This document shows positions 9,007 through 18,406 of a DNA stretch of 64,000 nucleotides, one piece after another; position 1 is the stretch's first letter, and each line of letters opens with the position of its first letter. A program made the translations under genes and the position numbers. This DNA comes from a bacterium (GTDB lineage Bacteria > Chlamydiota > Chlamydiia > Chlamydiales > Rhabdochlamydiaceae). The notes below the pieces were generated by a model. That model was not told the origin of the DNA. It worked only from the letters and a program-made list of their open reading frames with translations, and did no database searches. The DNA is taken from positions 167,583 through 231,582 of the forward strand of contig JBGAFT010000003.1 of assembly GCA_044227055.1 (NCBI GenBank), written 5' to 3'.

Positions 9007-9630
9007 ATGGACCGCTACGCAACGACTCATCAGTTTTGGAATACCATCAATCCTACCTTAGAGGGGATGTTCCTCAGCTCAAAAGGATCTGATATAGATC
9101 ATAAAGAGAGGGAACAGATCTACTCTATGCTGCCCGATTTGGAGGGAAAGACGGTGCTAGAACTAGGATCCGGGATAGGGCGGTATACTGGATATTTTGC
9201 TCAAAAGGCAAAAAAAGTGATCACGGTGGATTTTATCGAACGATTCGTCGATAAAAACCGGGAAACCAATGGACATCATAAAAATATCGAATTTATCTGT
9301 GATGATGTGACCAAGCTTGAGTTTAAGCCTGGTAGCATTCATTTCATCTTTATCAATTGTCTTTTTATGTATCTTACGGACGCGGAAGTTTTCTCTTTAA
9401 GGAACCGTATTTTTGATTGGTTGAAAAATTCTGGCACTTTGTTTTTCCGTGAAAGCTGCGCATTGTATAAAATCGAGCCGCGTGCTGAAGATCCGGGCAC
9501 TTACCGCACTCTATATTTTTACACGCATTTGTTTGATAAGCAGCTGGAGCTATTGGAAGAGAAGAGCGTGAATGTATCGATCAATACTTTTGCCAGTCCC
9601 TTTCAGTGCTATTGGATCTACAAGAAATAA
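9007..9630 (+). CDS. SAM-dependent methyltransferase resembling the N-terminal domain of plant/nematode phosphoethanolamine N-methyltransferase
   Basis: FWNTINPTLEGMFLSSKGSDIDHKEREQIYSMLPDLEGKTVLELGSGIGRYTGYFAQKAKKVITVDFIERFVDKNRETNGHHKNIEFICDDVT...LFMYLTDAEV...FFRESC is collinear with Arabidopsis PEAMT residues ~15-165 as I remember them. I use the ATG at 9007; the track start at 8998 is TTG. Confidence 0.8.
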   Translation: MDRYATTHQFWNTINPTLEGMFLSSKGSDIDHKEREQIYSMLPDLEGKTVLELGSGIGRYTGYFAQKAKKVITVDFIERFVDKNRETNGHHKNIEFICDDVTKLEFKPGSIHFIFINCLFMYLTDAEVFSLRNRIFDWLKNSGTLFFRESCALYKIEPRAEDPGTYRTLYFYTHLFDKQLELLEEKSVNVSINTFASPFQCYWIYKK

Positions 9631-9667
9631 CGCTTCTTTTATACTCATCCAAAATAACAGGCGCAGC

Positions 9668-10144
9668 ATGGCAATCTACGATATTTTTTCGACCAAAGAG
9701 GAAGAGCCTTCCTTTCAAGAAATGCAGATGCAATTAAACTTTGAAGATGAGCAGAAGCTTCCTTTGGAATCGATTGAAGAAAAATGGTCTTTGAGCCGCT
9801 TGTTTTCTGCTACTGCTGTGAGAACTTTCTTTTTTTTATTGTTGCTTGCAGATCTTTTATGGGGAGTATATGTCGTTGTAGTCTTGCTCTTGTGCAATCT
9901 CGGAGTTCTATTTACTGGCGGGGCTGTCAATAAGCTCAAAGAATGGCGCAAACACTATTGGATTTCTTTGAAGCGGTTTTTAGTGTGTGGGATGTCGTTG
10001 ATCGTAGCGTTGTTTGCGCCAGCTTTTGGGATCTTGATCGCATGCACTTACTTCTTAATGTACGATAAAGCAGGGATTGACGAAGTAGTGCCTGCATCGC
10101 TGAAAGACCAGATCAAAGATTTCTATCCTCGCTCCGATTCTTGA
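9668..10144 (+). CDS. hypothetical membrane protein (158 aa)
   Basis: I prefer the ATG at 9668 (MAIYDIFSTKEEE...), which avoids overlap with the upstream gene. It has an acidic N-terminus followed by two long hydrophobic blocks. Confidence 0.55.
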   Translation: MAIYDIFSTKEEEPSFQEMQMQLNFEDEQKLPLESIEEKWSLSRLFSATAVRTFFFLLLLADLLWGVYVVVVLLLCNLGVLFTGGAVNKLKEWRKHYWISLKRFLVCGMSLIVALFAPAFGILIACTYFLMYDKAGIDEVVPASLKDQIKDFYPRSDS

Positions 10145-10187
10145 TATTCAGCACAAGAAAAGCAAGCATATTTATCAGAGTTAATTC

Positions 10188-10335
10188 AGAAGATTTTACC
10201 ACAGAGATACCGAGGAAGAGAGTTAGAGCTCCTTTCTCGCGAGGACGAGAAAGGAACTCTCCATATTGAAAAACATTCGAAAAAACAGACTTCTTATTTC
10301 TCTGAGTTCTCCTTTCCTCTGTGGTAAAATCTTCT
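10188..10335. repeat. 148-bp nested palindromic element downstream of clpB
   Basis: A perfect 19-bp inverted repeat: AGAAGATTTTACCACAGAG (10188-10206) and CTCTGTGGTAAAATCTTCT (10317-10335). The arms extend imperfectly, and there is an inner inverted repeat CCTTTCTCG/CGAGAAAGG. Confidence 0.7.
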
Positions 10336-10342
10336 CTTAAAA

Positions 10343-12955
10343 CTAAGAGCCTGTGGATTTAATTTTGAAGCCGACTCGCTCACCTTCTCCCTTATTAAGT
10401 TTCAGCTCCACTGTACTCTCTGCAGGAATTTCGCCTTTGAGTAACGCGACAGATAAGATGTTGACCACTTGGTTTTGAATCATTCGTTTTAATGGACGGG
10501 CACCAAAAAACGGATCATATCCCTCTTTTGCTAGGTATGCAACGAGGTCTTTGTCCCATAGCAGGGTTACATGTCGCTCTGCTAAACGGTCTCTCACCAA
10601 TTTGAGTTGGATGATCACAATTTTTTCCATGTCATGTTCTTGTAATGGCAAAAAGGGCAATATATCATCCAATCGATTTAAGAACTCTGGGCGGAAATGA
10701 GCTTTGAGGATGGGATCAAGGAAGCCGAGGATCGACTCTTTAGTCCATCCTGTCGTTTGTGAACGGAGTCTTTCGAGAAGTGCCTCAGATCCGAGGTTAG
10801 ATGTCATGATAAAAAGGGCATTTTTACAATTGACAGTCCTGCCTTTGCTGTCGGTCAACCTCCCTTCGTCGAAAATTTGGAGCAGGATGTTAAAGACATC
10901 ATGGTGCGCTTTTTCAATTTCATCGAATAGTACCACAGCATAGGGGCGGCGTCTGAGAGCTTCTGTCAATTGCCCCCCCTCATCATAGCCAATATAACCT
11001 GGAGGGGATCCAATTAACTTGGATACGGTGTGCTTTTCCATGTACTCGGACATATCAAGGCGGATGATTGCGTCTTCTTGATTGAAGAGTTGATCAGCCA
11101 ATGCTTTTGCAAGCTCTGTTTTTCCAACTCCTGTTGGCCCGACAAATAAGAATACTCCCATGGGCCTAGCTGGATCACTGAGGCCTGCACGAGAACGACG
11201 GATCGCTTCACTAACTGCTTTTACAGCCAAGGATTGACCGACGACACGCTCTGAGAGTACTTGTTCTAGGTGGAGCAAGCGCTGAGCTTCCCCTTCAAGC
11301 ATTTTATGTACAGGAATGCCGGTCCATTTTGCCACAATATGAGCGATCAGTTGTTCATCAACTTCTTCTTTTAAAAGGCGGTTGTCGAGCTGGTTGAGTG
11401 ATTTTTGCGCTTCTTCTATTTCTTTTTGCATTTTTGGGATCGCACTGTAACGCAGTTCTGCGACTTTATTATAATCGGAGGCGCGTTCGGCTTCTTCTTC
11501 TTTGAAACGGAGTTGTTCTAAGGAGTTTTTCTTCTCCTTTAATCCTTGAATCAACTTTTTTTCATTGTTCCAGCGTTGCCTTAAAGCGCTCAATTCCTCT
11601 TTAACTTTGGCGATTTGACCTCCGAGCTTTTCAGCTTCAGCTTGTGCGCTTGGAGAGTCTTCTCTTCGAAGAGCTTCTTGTTTAACTATGAGAGAGCTAA
11701 GTTCTCGCTCTTTGGTGTCTATTGGCAAAGGAAGGCTTCCCAGTTGCATGCGGATCAAGCTCGCGGCCTCGTCAACCAAGTCTATAGCCTTATCAGGTAG
11801 GAATCGGTCAGTAATGTAGCGGTTAGAAAGGAACACAGCTGCATGCAATGCTCCTTCAGTGATGCGCACGCCATGGAAAATTTCATAACGCTCGCGCAGT
11901 CCTCGAAGAATTGCTAAGGCATCTTCCAGAGAAGGTTCTCCAACATGAACAGGTTGGAACCGACGTTCGAGTGCCGGATCTCGTTCAATATGTTTTTGAT
12001 ATTCGTTCAAAGTGGTTGCGCCGATGCAATGCAAAGTTCCCCGTGCTAGGGCTGGTTTCAGTAGATTTGCCGCATCCATCGCGCCTTCTGTAGCTCCGGC
12101 GCCAACAAGGGTATGCACTTCATCAATAAAGATAAGGATCTGCCCTTCGCTATTTTCAATTTCCTTTAATATCCCTTTCAAGCGCTCTTCGAACTCTCCG
12201 CGATATTTTGTTCCCGCTATCAAACTTCCCATGTCTAAGGTGAAGAGTTGTTTGTTCTTCAAAGAATCAGGTACATCCCCTTGAATTATACGTTGAGCTA
12301 GACCTTCGACTATTGCTGTTTTTCCAACTCCCGGCTCGCCAATTAATAGGGGATTGTTTTTTGTCCGCCTTGAGAGAACCTGCATAGTCCGTCGAATTTC
12401 TTCATCACGGCCGATAACAGGGTCAAGATTGCCCTCGCGCGCCATTGAAGTAAGGTTCTTGCAATATTTATCAAGTGCTTGGAGGCCCTGTTCGGCAGTA
12501 GGGGAATCCATTGTTTGATCTCCTCGAATCTGTTTTATTTTCTCTTCAACTTCTTTTGCCGTAAGTTTGGCACCTTTTTTCCAGGAAGCAAAAGGTTCGG
12601 AAGTGCTTTGCCAAAATGCTAGAAAGACATGATCACTTCCGATATAGCTGTCATTCCATTTTTTTGCGATTGCTTGCGCTTCGCTGATCCGTTGCTGCAA
12701 TCCCAAAGAAATGCCAGGAGGTTGAGCTGAGCCGGCAAAAGTGGCCAGTTTGTTCAAAGCAATCTTTACAGCTTCTGTAAGTAATGGTGGAGAAAGGCCA
12801 AGTGAGGTCGCAAAAGTGCTGAAGTAAGCTTGAGGATCGTTGAGAAGGGCAAGAAGAAAATGATTTTCTGTAACTTCTGTATTGTGACGAGAATTTGCAT
12901 CTGCAAGAGCAGTTTCTAAAGCTTGAGCGACAATTTCTGTGAACTGAGGAGCCAT
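10343..12955 (-). CDS. clpB: ClpB disaggregase (class I AAA+ chaperone)
   Basis: 870 aa with two Walker A sites ([18 protein letters not shown]), a long coiled-coil middle domain and a Clp N domain. GGAGGT RBS. Confidence 0.97.
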   Translation of the reverse strand: MAPQFTEIVAQALETALADANSRHNTEVTENHFLLALLNDPQAYFSTFATSLGLSPPLLTEAVKIALNKLATFAGSAQPPGISLGLQQRISEAQAIAKKWNDSYIGSDHVFLAFWQSTSEPFASWKKGAKLTAKEVEEKIKQIRGDQTMDSPTAEQGLQALDKYCKNLTSMAREGNLDPVIGRDEEIRRTMQVLSRRTKNNPLLIGEPGVGKTAIVEGLAQRIIQGDVPDSLKNKQLFTLDMGSLIAGTKYRGEFEERLKGILKEIENSEGQILIFIDEVHTLVGAGATEGAMDAANLLKPALARGTLHCIGATTLNEYQKHIERDPALERRFQPVHVGEPSLEDALAILRGLRERYEIFHGVRITEGALHAAVFLSNRYITDRFLPDKAIDLVDEAASLIRMQLGSLPLPIDTKERELSSLIVKQEALRREDSPSAQAEAEKLGGQIAKVKEELSALRQRWNNEKKLIQGLKEKKNSLEQLRFKEEEAERASDYNKVAELRYSAIPKMQKEIEEAQKSLNQLDNRLLKEEVDEQLIAHIVAKWTGIPVHKMLEGEAQRLLHLEQVLSERVVGQSLAVKAVSEAIRRSRAGLSDPARPMGVFLFVGPTGVGKTELAKALADQLFNQEDAIIRLDMSEYMEKHTVSKLIGSPPGYIGYDEGGQLTEALRRRPYAVVLFDEIEKAHHDVFNILLQIFDEGRLTDSKGRTVNCKNALFIMTSNLGSEALLERLRSQTTGWTKESILGFLDPILKAHFRPEFLNRLDDILPFLPLQEHDMEKIVIIQLKLVRDRLAERHVTLLWDKDLVAYLAKEGYDPFFGARPLKRMIQNQVVNILSVALLKGEIPAESTVELKLNKGEGERVGFKIKSTGS

Positions 12956-13032
12956 AATTCACCTCCAGACTCACTTAGAATAATCGGTAACCCCATCTTG
13001 GTCAACAATAGACTTCTTTTGAAAGAAGTCTT

Positions 13033-13449
13033 CTATTGATGCGCTTGAATTTTGCGGGCTTTGACGGCAGTTCCATCGTTTTTATTCACGAGCTTGATGG
13101 GATATGCGGGATCTCCACTTTGATAAATTAGTATTGGGAAAGGGGTAAGCCAGGATTGAGTGATCACGGTGTCAGCGGGGTTGATCTCGTAGACCGATCC
13201 ATCGCTGAGCTGTAATTTTTTACCTTGGTTTAGGTTGAGGGCCAAGCTCGATTCTTTGATCGGAGCGTTTTCTGCAGTTTTCATGACGACATGATCATTT
13301 AACCACTGTTCGAGGGCTTGTCTTTGGTTGTGGTTTAGTGTTGAAATCCCCGTCTTTTTTTGGTCGTCACGGCTCATCACATCATCGATTAATATCAAAC
13401 TATAAGCAACGGCTGGAAGCAAAAACAGAAGCGGTAGAATTTTGCGCAT
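13033..13449 (-). CDS. secreted hypothetical protein (138 aa)
   Basis: N-terminal signal-peptide-like MRKILPLLFLLPAVAYS. No recognised domain. Confidence 0.6.
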   Translation of the reverse strand: MRKILPLLFLLPAVAYSLILIDDVMSRDDQKKTGISTLNHNQRQALEQWLNDHVVMKTAENAPIKESSLALNLNQGKKLQLSDGSVYEINPADTVITQSWLTPFPILIYQSGDPAYPIKLVNKNDGTAVKARKIQAHQ

Positions 13450-13557
13450 AAATTGTCTCTAAATGTGTTTAATCGCATTAGAGGGTATTCAACAATAAAG
13501 ATCAAGGACCTGAAAATCGCTGCAACTTTTTATTAGAATTGATCTTGAGCTCTGCTC

Positions 13558-15102
13558 TCAGAACTTTTTTTCTGGATAATGACGTCTGAGCTCCTGTCTA
13601 ACTGCGCGCAGGGCTTCAGGGTGATGATCTCTTTGTGCAGCGAGCTGCTCTGCATTTTTTAAATAGTTCCATGCACGCGGATAATCGAAACGGCGAATGC
13701 AAAGCACAGAGAGATAATATTCCACGGTGACATCGTTTTGGTCTAAGGCATGATATTTTTCTAAAATCGTTTGAGCCTCCTGTCCTCTTCCCAATTGGAG
13801 CCAAGTAGTTGCCAGTTGGAAGATACCTGCGCGAAAATTTGGATAGCGGGCTAGAGTTTTTTCTAAGGACCTTTGCTTTTCTAATATGGACTCGCGTGTT
13901 TCATCGACATGAAGGAATATCGCTTTCAGCCCCTCGATGTCCACTCTTCCATTGAGATAATCAGCTGCGACAGTTTCTAATGAGACCTCATCTTCCCAAG
14001 GTGTTGTTGGCACCGTGCGTAATAAGTTTTTGCCTTCCCGTTTTTTGCCTATGAAGAGATAGTTTAGCCCTAAAAGCATTTTCAATTGAGGGTCATTGGC
14101 CATGAATTTCTGAGCTTTTTCATAAAGTGCGACAGCGGTCAAGTGGTCTTGTCTTTGCCAATAGACCGAGGCTTGGTTAAAAAATGCCATCCCAATGACT
14201 TCTTTGATATTTCGCTTCGATAATTTGCGCGTATTAACCCCGAGATAGACTTCAGTGGGCATATGGATCCCTCTTGCAGTGGTCTCGATATTGATGACTC
14301 TTTCACCTTTGCTATATGAAAGAAAAATGTGGCCAGGAGGTGTCAAGATATCCAAGGGAAGATCGAGTCTTTGGGCCAAACAGAGGTATAGTATTGAAAC
14401 TCCAAGGCACACCCCTTGACGGCTGTCCATGACGCTAGGAAGGAATGTATACAAATCGATGTCTTTTGCGTGCAGAGAATGCGGCGGGAAGCGAAATTCC
14501 ATTTCTTGAAAGATAAAACGGTTGATCTCTCTGATCTTATCTTCACTGCTTGCATTTTTTGGAAGGCGTACGGCAATTTGCAAGGCCATTAAGTCCAAGC
14601 GCGCTTCATATTGTTGAATTTCTTCATTGATGTTGGGTATTCCGGCAAATTGATAGATTAGTAGACCTCGTGCTAGATCGACTTCTTCTGGTTTCAATTC
14701 TAAAACGTCTTCTTCGCTCCAAGCTCGATGACCCCGCAGTGTGCGATGAGGGAATTGATTAGAGATCCGATCAATTGCATTGAGCTGTTCCGATGTAAGT
14801 TGGATAGCCTTATCCTGAGGTTGTCTTGTTATGAGCCCTACAAAAGAACCGATCTCGCTAAACGGGAGTGTTTGTGCTTCTGGAGTAGTTTCAGTTTTTC
14901 CTTTGAGTAAGCTCCAAATATGGGCTAAAGCTTTTTTTCCTTCAGGAGTTTCTTGGTATAGTTCATAAAATGCTAAATGCTGACTGATAGAAAGAGGGTC
15001 AAGCGAATTATACAAAGCCATCAAACCACTATTGGCTTGTTTTGCCTGTATGGAGGCAAGGGGCAATGCCAACAACCAAGTGTAAATAAAAATACGTATC
15101 AT
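13558..15102 (-). CDS. secreted transglutaminase-like (SirB1-type) / TPR repeat protein
   Basis: Signal peptide MIRIFIYTWLLALPLASIQA. GVCLGVSILYLCLAQRLDLPLDILTPPGHIFL resembles the Transglut_core2/SirB1 core. The C-terminal half has TPR-like repeats (AVALYEKAQKF..., AQTILEKYHAL...). Confidence 0.7.
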   Translation of the reverse strand: MIRIFIYTWLLALPLASIQAKQANSGLMALYNSLDPLSISQHLAFYELYQETPEGKKALAHIWSLLKGKTETTPEAQTLPFSEIGSFVGLITRQPQDKAIQLTSEQLNAIDRISNQFPHRTLRGHRAWSEEDVLELKPEEVDLARGLLIYQFAGIPNINEEIQQYEARLDLMALQIAVRLPKNASSEDKIREINRFIFQEMEFRFPPHSLHAKDIDLYTFLPSVMDSRQGVCLGVSILYLCLAQRLDLPLDILTPPGHIFLSYSKGERVINIETTARGIHMPTEVYLGVNTRKLSKRNIKEVIGMAFFNQASVYWQRQDHLTAVALYEKAQKFMANDPQLKMLLGLNYLFIGKKREGKNLLRTVPTTPWEDEVSLETVAADYLNGRVDIEGLKAIFLHVDETRESILEKQRSLEKTLARYPNFRAGIFQLATTWLQLGRGQEAQTILEKYHALDQNDVTVEYYLSVLCIRRFDYPRAWNYLKNAEQLAAQRDHHPEALRAVRQELRRHYPEKKF

Positions 15103-15138
15103 AGCTTCATGATGAGATATTAAAGGGATTTTGTAAAT

Positions 15139-15163
15139 AATCCTGAATCCGTTAACAGTCTCT
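15139..15163. repeat. solo copy of the right terminus of the 61315-61486 palindromic element
   Basis: AATCCTGAATCCGTTAACAGTCTCT is identical to 61462-61486. No partner arm is nearby. Confidence 0.6.
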
Positions 15164-15279
15164 TAGTAAATTTTTTATTTTGTAATTTTAAATTATTTTT
15201 GACATTTTATTATTATTTCCAAATTAGTTATAATCTTGATAGAATTTTAAAGTTGATTTTTTCTTATTATAGAGGCTGT

Positions 15280-16251
15280 ATGAGTAGCATAAGAACCGAG
15301 CTATTTGAAGGTAATTTCTATCAGGGAATTGATAGAATTGGAAATATTTTAGCTTCCAAAGATTGCCTTTTGAGTGCGCACTTTCAGCCAGTCAAATTAT
15401 CTGGTGCAAAATGGGTGTTTTTAAAACTTGTAAGCCCTTTTTATACTTTAATTGGTAAGGATCCCTTTGCTCATTTAAGAATTCAAAATGTTGTCAAAAA
15501 TTTAGCATCATATATCCAATTGAACCGACATTTTATGAACGCGTATTCATGTCAAAAAATACAAAATAAGATCATCATTCCTTTGAACAAGCTCACGAGC
15601 AATAAATATAATGATTCTCTTACTAAAATGATGTGTGCCTACACTCATTTTCTGAGTGATCGCGTTCCTACTCCTCAAATATCAATTAACGTTGGTAATT
15701 TGAACTGTAATTCTAAAGTCGAAACAAAGAAAATTAACATTGAAGAGGTCATAAAAGAGTATCAGAGACAGAGAGACGCTATTAATGCCTCCTTCAAGAA
15801 AAGGATGCAAGAGTCATTTGAAGCACGCAAACGCATGGATGATCTGAGAAGACAGTTTGAAGAAGAATGCGCCGCGAGACAAAAAGCCAGAGAAGATATG
15901 TATAACAAGTTCCGACAAAACTGGGACAAAGCTTTTCCTCAACGGTCTCAAGAGCGGCCAACTTACGAAAGAACATACGAAGGTTACACTTTTCCACAGT
16001 TTCGAAAACCTCCTCAACAGCCCCAATTCAATTCGCCTCCTGAAGAAAAAAGTGAAGATGTTATGTCTCAAATCAAAACACTTCTTGGTGTTGAAGATTT
16101 ATCTACTCCAGAACTGCTGAGCAAAGCATACAAAAAATGGGCAGTCAAAAACCATCCGGATAAATGCGTGGATAAGGTTCAAGCAGAAATCCGATTCAAG
16201 CACGGTCAAGAGCTTATTGCGAAATACAAATCAATGAAGCGCTGGGACTAG
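15280..16251 (+). CDS. protein with C-terminal J (DnaJ) domain, otherwise unknown
   Basis: I prefer the ATG at 15280 (AGAGG 5 nt upstream). The C-terminal ~65 aa, LLGVEDLSTPELLSKAYKKWAVKNHPDKCVDKVQAEIRFKHGQELIAKYKSMKRW, carry the HPD tripeptide in a J-domain helix II/III context. The middle region is charged and Q/P-rich. Confidence 0.8.
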   Translation: MSSIRTELFEGNFYQGIDRIGNILASKDCLLSAHFQPVKLSGAKWVFLKLVSPFYTLIGKDPFAHLRIQNVVKNLASYIQLNRHFMNAYSCQKIQNKIIIPLNKLTSNKYNDSLTKMMCAYTHFLSDRVPTPQISINVGNLNCNSKVETKKINIEEVIKEYQRQRDAINASFKKRMQESFEARKRMDDLRRQFEEECAARQKAREDMYNKFRQNWDKAFPQRSQERPTYERTYEGYTFPQFRKPPQQPQFNSPPEEKSEDVMSQIKTLLGVEDLSTPELLSKAYKKWAVKNHPDKCVDKVQAEIRFKHGQELIAKYKSMKRWD

Positions 16252-16366
16252 TTCTCAAAATAGTGAGAAAATTCTGCATATTGTTTGTGTAATATTTATT
16301 TGAAATATTCTTCTGTCTGTGGGAATGTTGTAACTTATTTTTTTAATCCTACAGAGGAGGACCGAT

Positions 16367-18322
16367 ATGCTCCGTCGAAGTTTTCTTGTATTGAGCTTGT
16401 TGCTTGCATCAGCGCCCGTCCACACAGTATTTTCAAAGCAAAGCTCTCTAATTGTCACTAAATCAGCTATTTCTTCCGCAGACGTGCCACAACAACCTTA
16501 CGATTCGTCCACAGTTGCAGCGTTTATCTGGAATGTCCTGCTTCCAGAGCTTCAAACAAATATGAACCTCTACCCAACTCACAAGGCATATCAGAAGGCT
16601 GTAATCCAGCTGGAACAGCTATACGAGAAAGCCGTCATTGCCACAACAGGCACACAACTCGGACAAATTTTGTCTCAAGCCATAGCATTGGCAAGCCCTA
16701 GTACTTCCACAATACCCCCAGATGCGCAAGAGGCTTCGCAAAAACTCGCGGCGGCGCAGAGCATTCTAGCTCAAGTAGACCAATCCATTATTAGCATGCA
16801 ATCTTCTATTAGTGGCCTCATTCAAAAAATTACTGCCAATACTGCACAGATATCAACGTTGCAACAACAGATCGCAGGTATGGCAAATCCCCCTGCATCT
16901 GCGCAAACAGATTTACAAAAAGCTCAAAGTGATTTAGCTCAAGCTCAATCGTCAACTGCACAGCTGCAGTTGCAAACGACTAGCCTGAACACTTTTAAAA
17001 CAACCTTTGACCAAAGTGTACAAGATATTGCTTCCATAGCGAATCAAATTATCAATGGCAATAATCCTAATGGAGTAAACCTGGCCTCTTTGAATAATTT
17101 ATACAATGCACTTCTTCAGTCTCAGAATACTTTTCAGCAAACACTAAGCGATCCAATCTCAACCCAAATATCCTCGCTCAATACGTTTATTTTAACAACA
17201 CTTGCTCCAGATATCGCAACCTTGACAACCGATGTCGGCGCGGTTGTGCCGATAGAGACAGCAGGTCTACAAACTTGTTATATCGATATGGGGTTGTTAA
17301 GTGCTCAACTATGGGAGTTCATGGTCTATTATCCAGAGCAATATTTAGATATGGCTAAATTTGATCAATATCTTGGTTCTCTATATTCACAATTCAAAGC
17401 AGCTGGGATAAATCAGATCAACCTATCTTTTGCTCAAATTGGTAGTATCGACAGTTTAGTCAATGAGGGGAAAGGTGCCGCAACAGATGATGTAATTGCG
17501 CAAATGATGGCAAATTTCCCAGGTGCTTTAGAAAAACTAATAAGCAAAGCGCATTCAGTAGGCATTAAAGTAGACTTAGCATTCGGAGGAGAAAATGGTG
17601 CGTCTATGAAAATAGCTGGCGCTGGGCAAACAGTCCAAGGGCAAGCACAGAAGCTTGTGCAGTTAGTAGAAAAATTAAAGCTAGATTCTCTTGATTTTGA
17701 CTTTGAAAGTACCGCTTTTACTAATGCTAATTCACCTCAAGATGCTCAAGCATTTTTCTTAGCAATCAAGCAAGGTCTTCAAGGAAAAAGCAAACCGATT
17801 TCACTTACAGTAATGGGATCACTGCATGACTGGCCTCTTAATTTTCTCAAAGAGCTCTTTTTTGATCAAAGTGGGAATCTAATTTTTACAACTCTTTTTG
17901 ACGATTTGAACCTTATGCTTTACTCCCAGACGGAATATTACATTGATGCAAACAACCCTTCTTGGGGGATCGAACAATGGATTGATCTGATGGGAAGATC
18001 AAATGTGAGCCGGATTCATATAGGATTTGAAGATAATGTCAACTATGCGAATCCGCATGCTTCTGCAGGGGGGACGTATCAGATCGATACAACAAACCCA
18101 GGCACTGCCGCAGCAGAAATATATTTACAGCTCCTGCAGAAACTGGATCAAGATGGATATCCTAATCAGTTGGGGCAGACATTTTTCTGGCCTGATATTA
18201 ACCACCACGCGCCTGGCACTTGGAGTCGATATCAAGTGATCAATAATAATGGGGCTATTAGTGTTAATTTTGATACCGATGTTATACAAGCTTTCTATAA
18301 TAAACTGATTAGTTCGCACTAG
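16367..18322 (+). CDS. secreted protein: Q/S/T/A-rich N-terminal half plus GH18-like (chitinase-fold) C-terminal half
   Basis: Strong RBS AGAGGAGG and signal peptide MLRRSFLVLSLLLASAPVHT. The C-terminal half has VGIKVDLAFGGENG (the SxGG-type strand) and LKLDSLDFDFE, which fits the GH18 DxxDxDxE catalytic motif. Confidence 0.7.
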   Translation: MLRRSFLVLSLLLASAPVHTVFSKQSSLIVTKSAISSADVPQQPYDSSTVAAFIWNVLLPELQTNMNLYPTHKAYQKAVIQLEQLYEKAVIATTGTQLGQILSQAIALASPSTSTIPPDAQEASQKLAAAQSILAQVDQSIISMQSSISGLIQKITANTAQISTLQQQIAGMANPPASAQTDLQKAQSDLAQAQSSTAQLQLQTTSLNTFKTTFDQSVQDIASIANQIINGNNPNGVNLASLNNLYNALLQSQNTFQQTLSDPISTQISSLNTFILTTLAPDIATLTTDVGAVVPIETAGLQTCYIDMGLLSAQLWEFMVYYPEQYLDMAKFDQYLGSLYSQFKAAGINQINLSFAQIGSIDSLVNEGKGAATDDVIAQMMANFPGALEKLISKAHSVGIKVDLAFGGENGASMKIAGAGQTVQGQAQKLVQLVEKLKLDSLDFDFESTAFTNANSPQDAQAFFLAIKQGLQGKSKPISLTVMGSLHDWPLNFLKELFFDQSGNLIFTTLFDDLNLMLYSQTEYYIDANNPSWGIEQWIDLMGRSNVSRIHIGFEDNVNYANPHASAGGTYQIDTTNPGTAAAEIYLQLLQKLDQDGYPNQLGQTFFWPDINHHAPGTWSRYQVINNNGAISVNFDTDVIQAFYNKLISSH

Positions 18323-18406
18323 TCATTTTCTATGGGGTGCGATATAAGAGACAGCTGATAGTTTCTAAGAATCGCATCCCAACTTGGATCTCACTTTAGT
18401 TCGACA

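Noticed and set aside
9572-9667. N-terminal extensions offered by the ORF track for several genes (9572, 15199, 26737, 34495, 41331, 42085).
   Set aside because: In each case an internal ATG with a better RBS, a signal peptide or a conserved N-terminal motif removes an overlap with the upstream gene.
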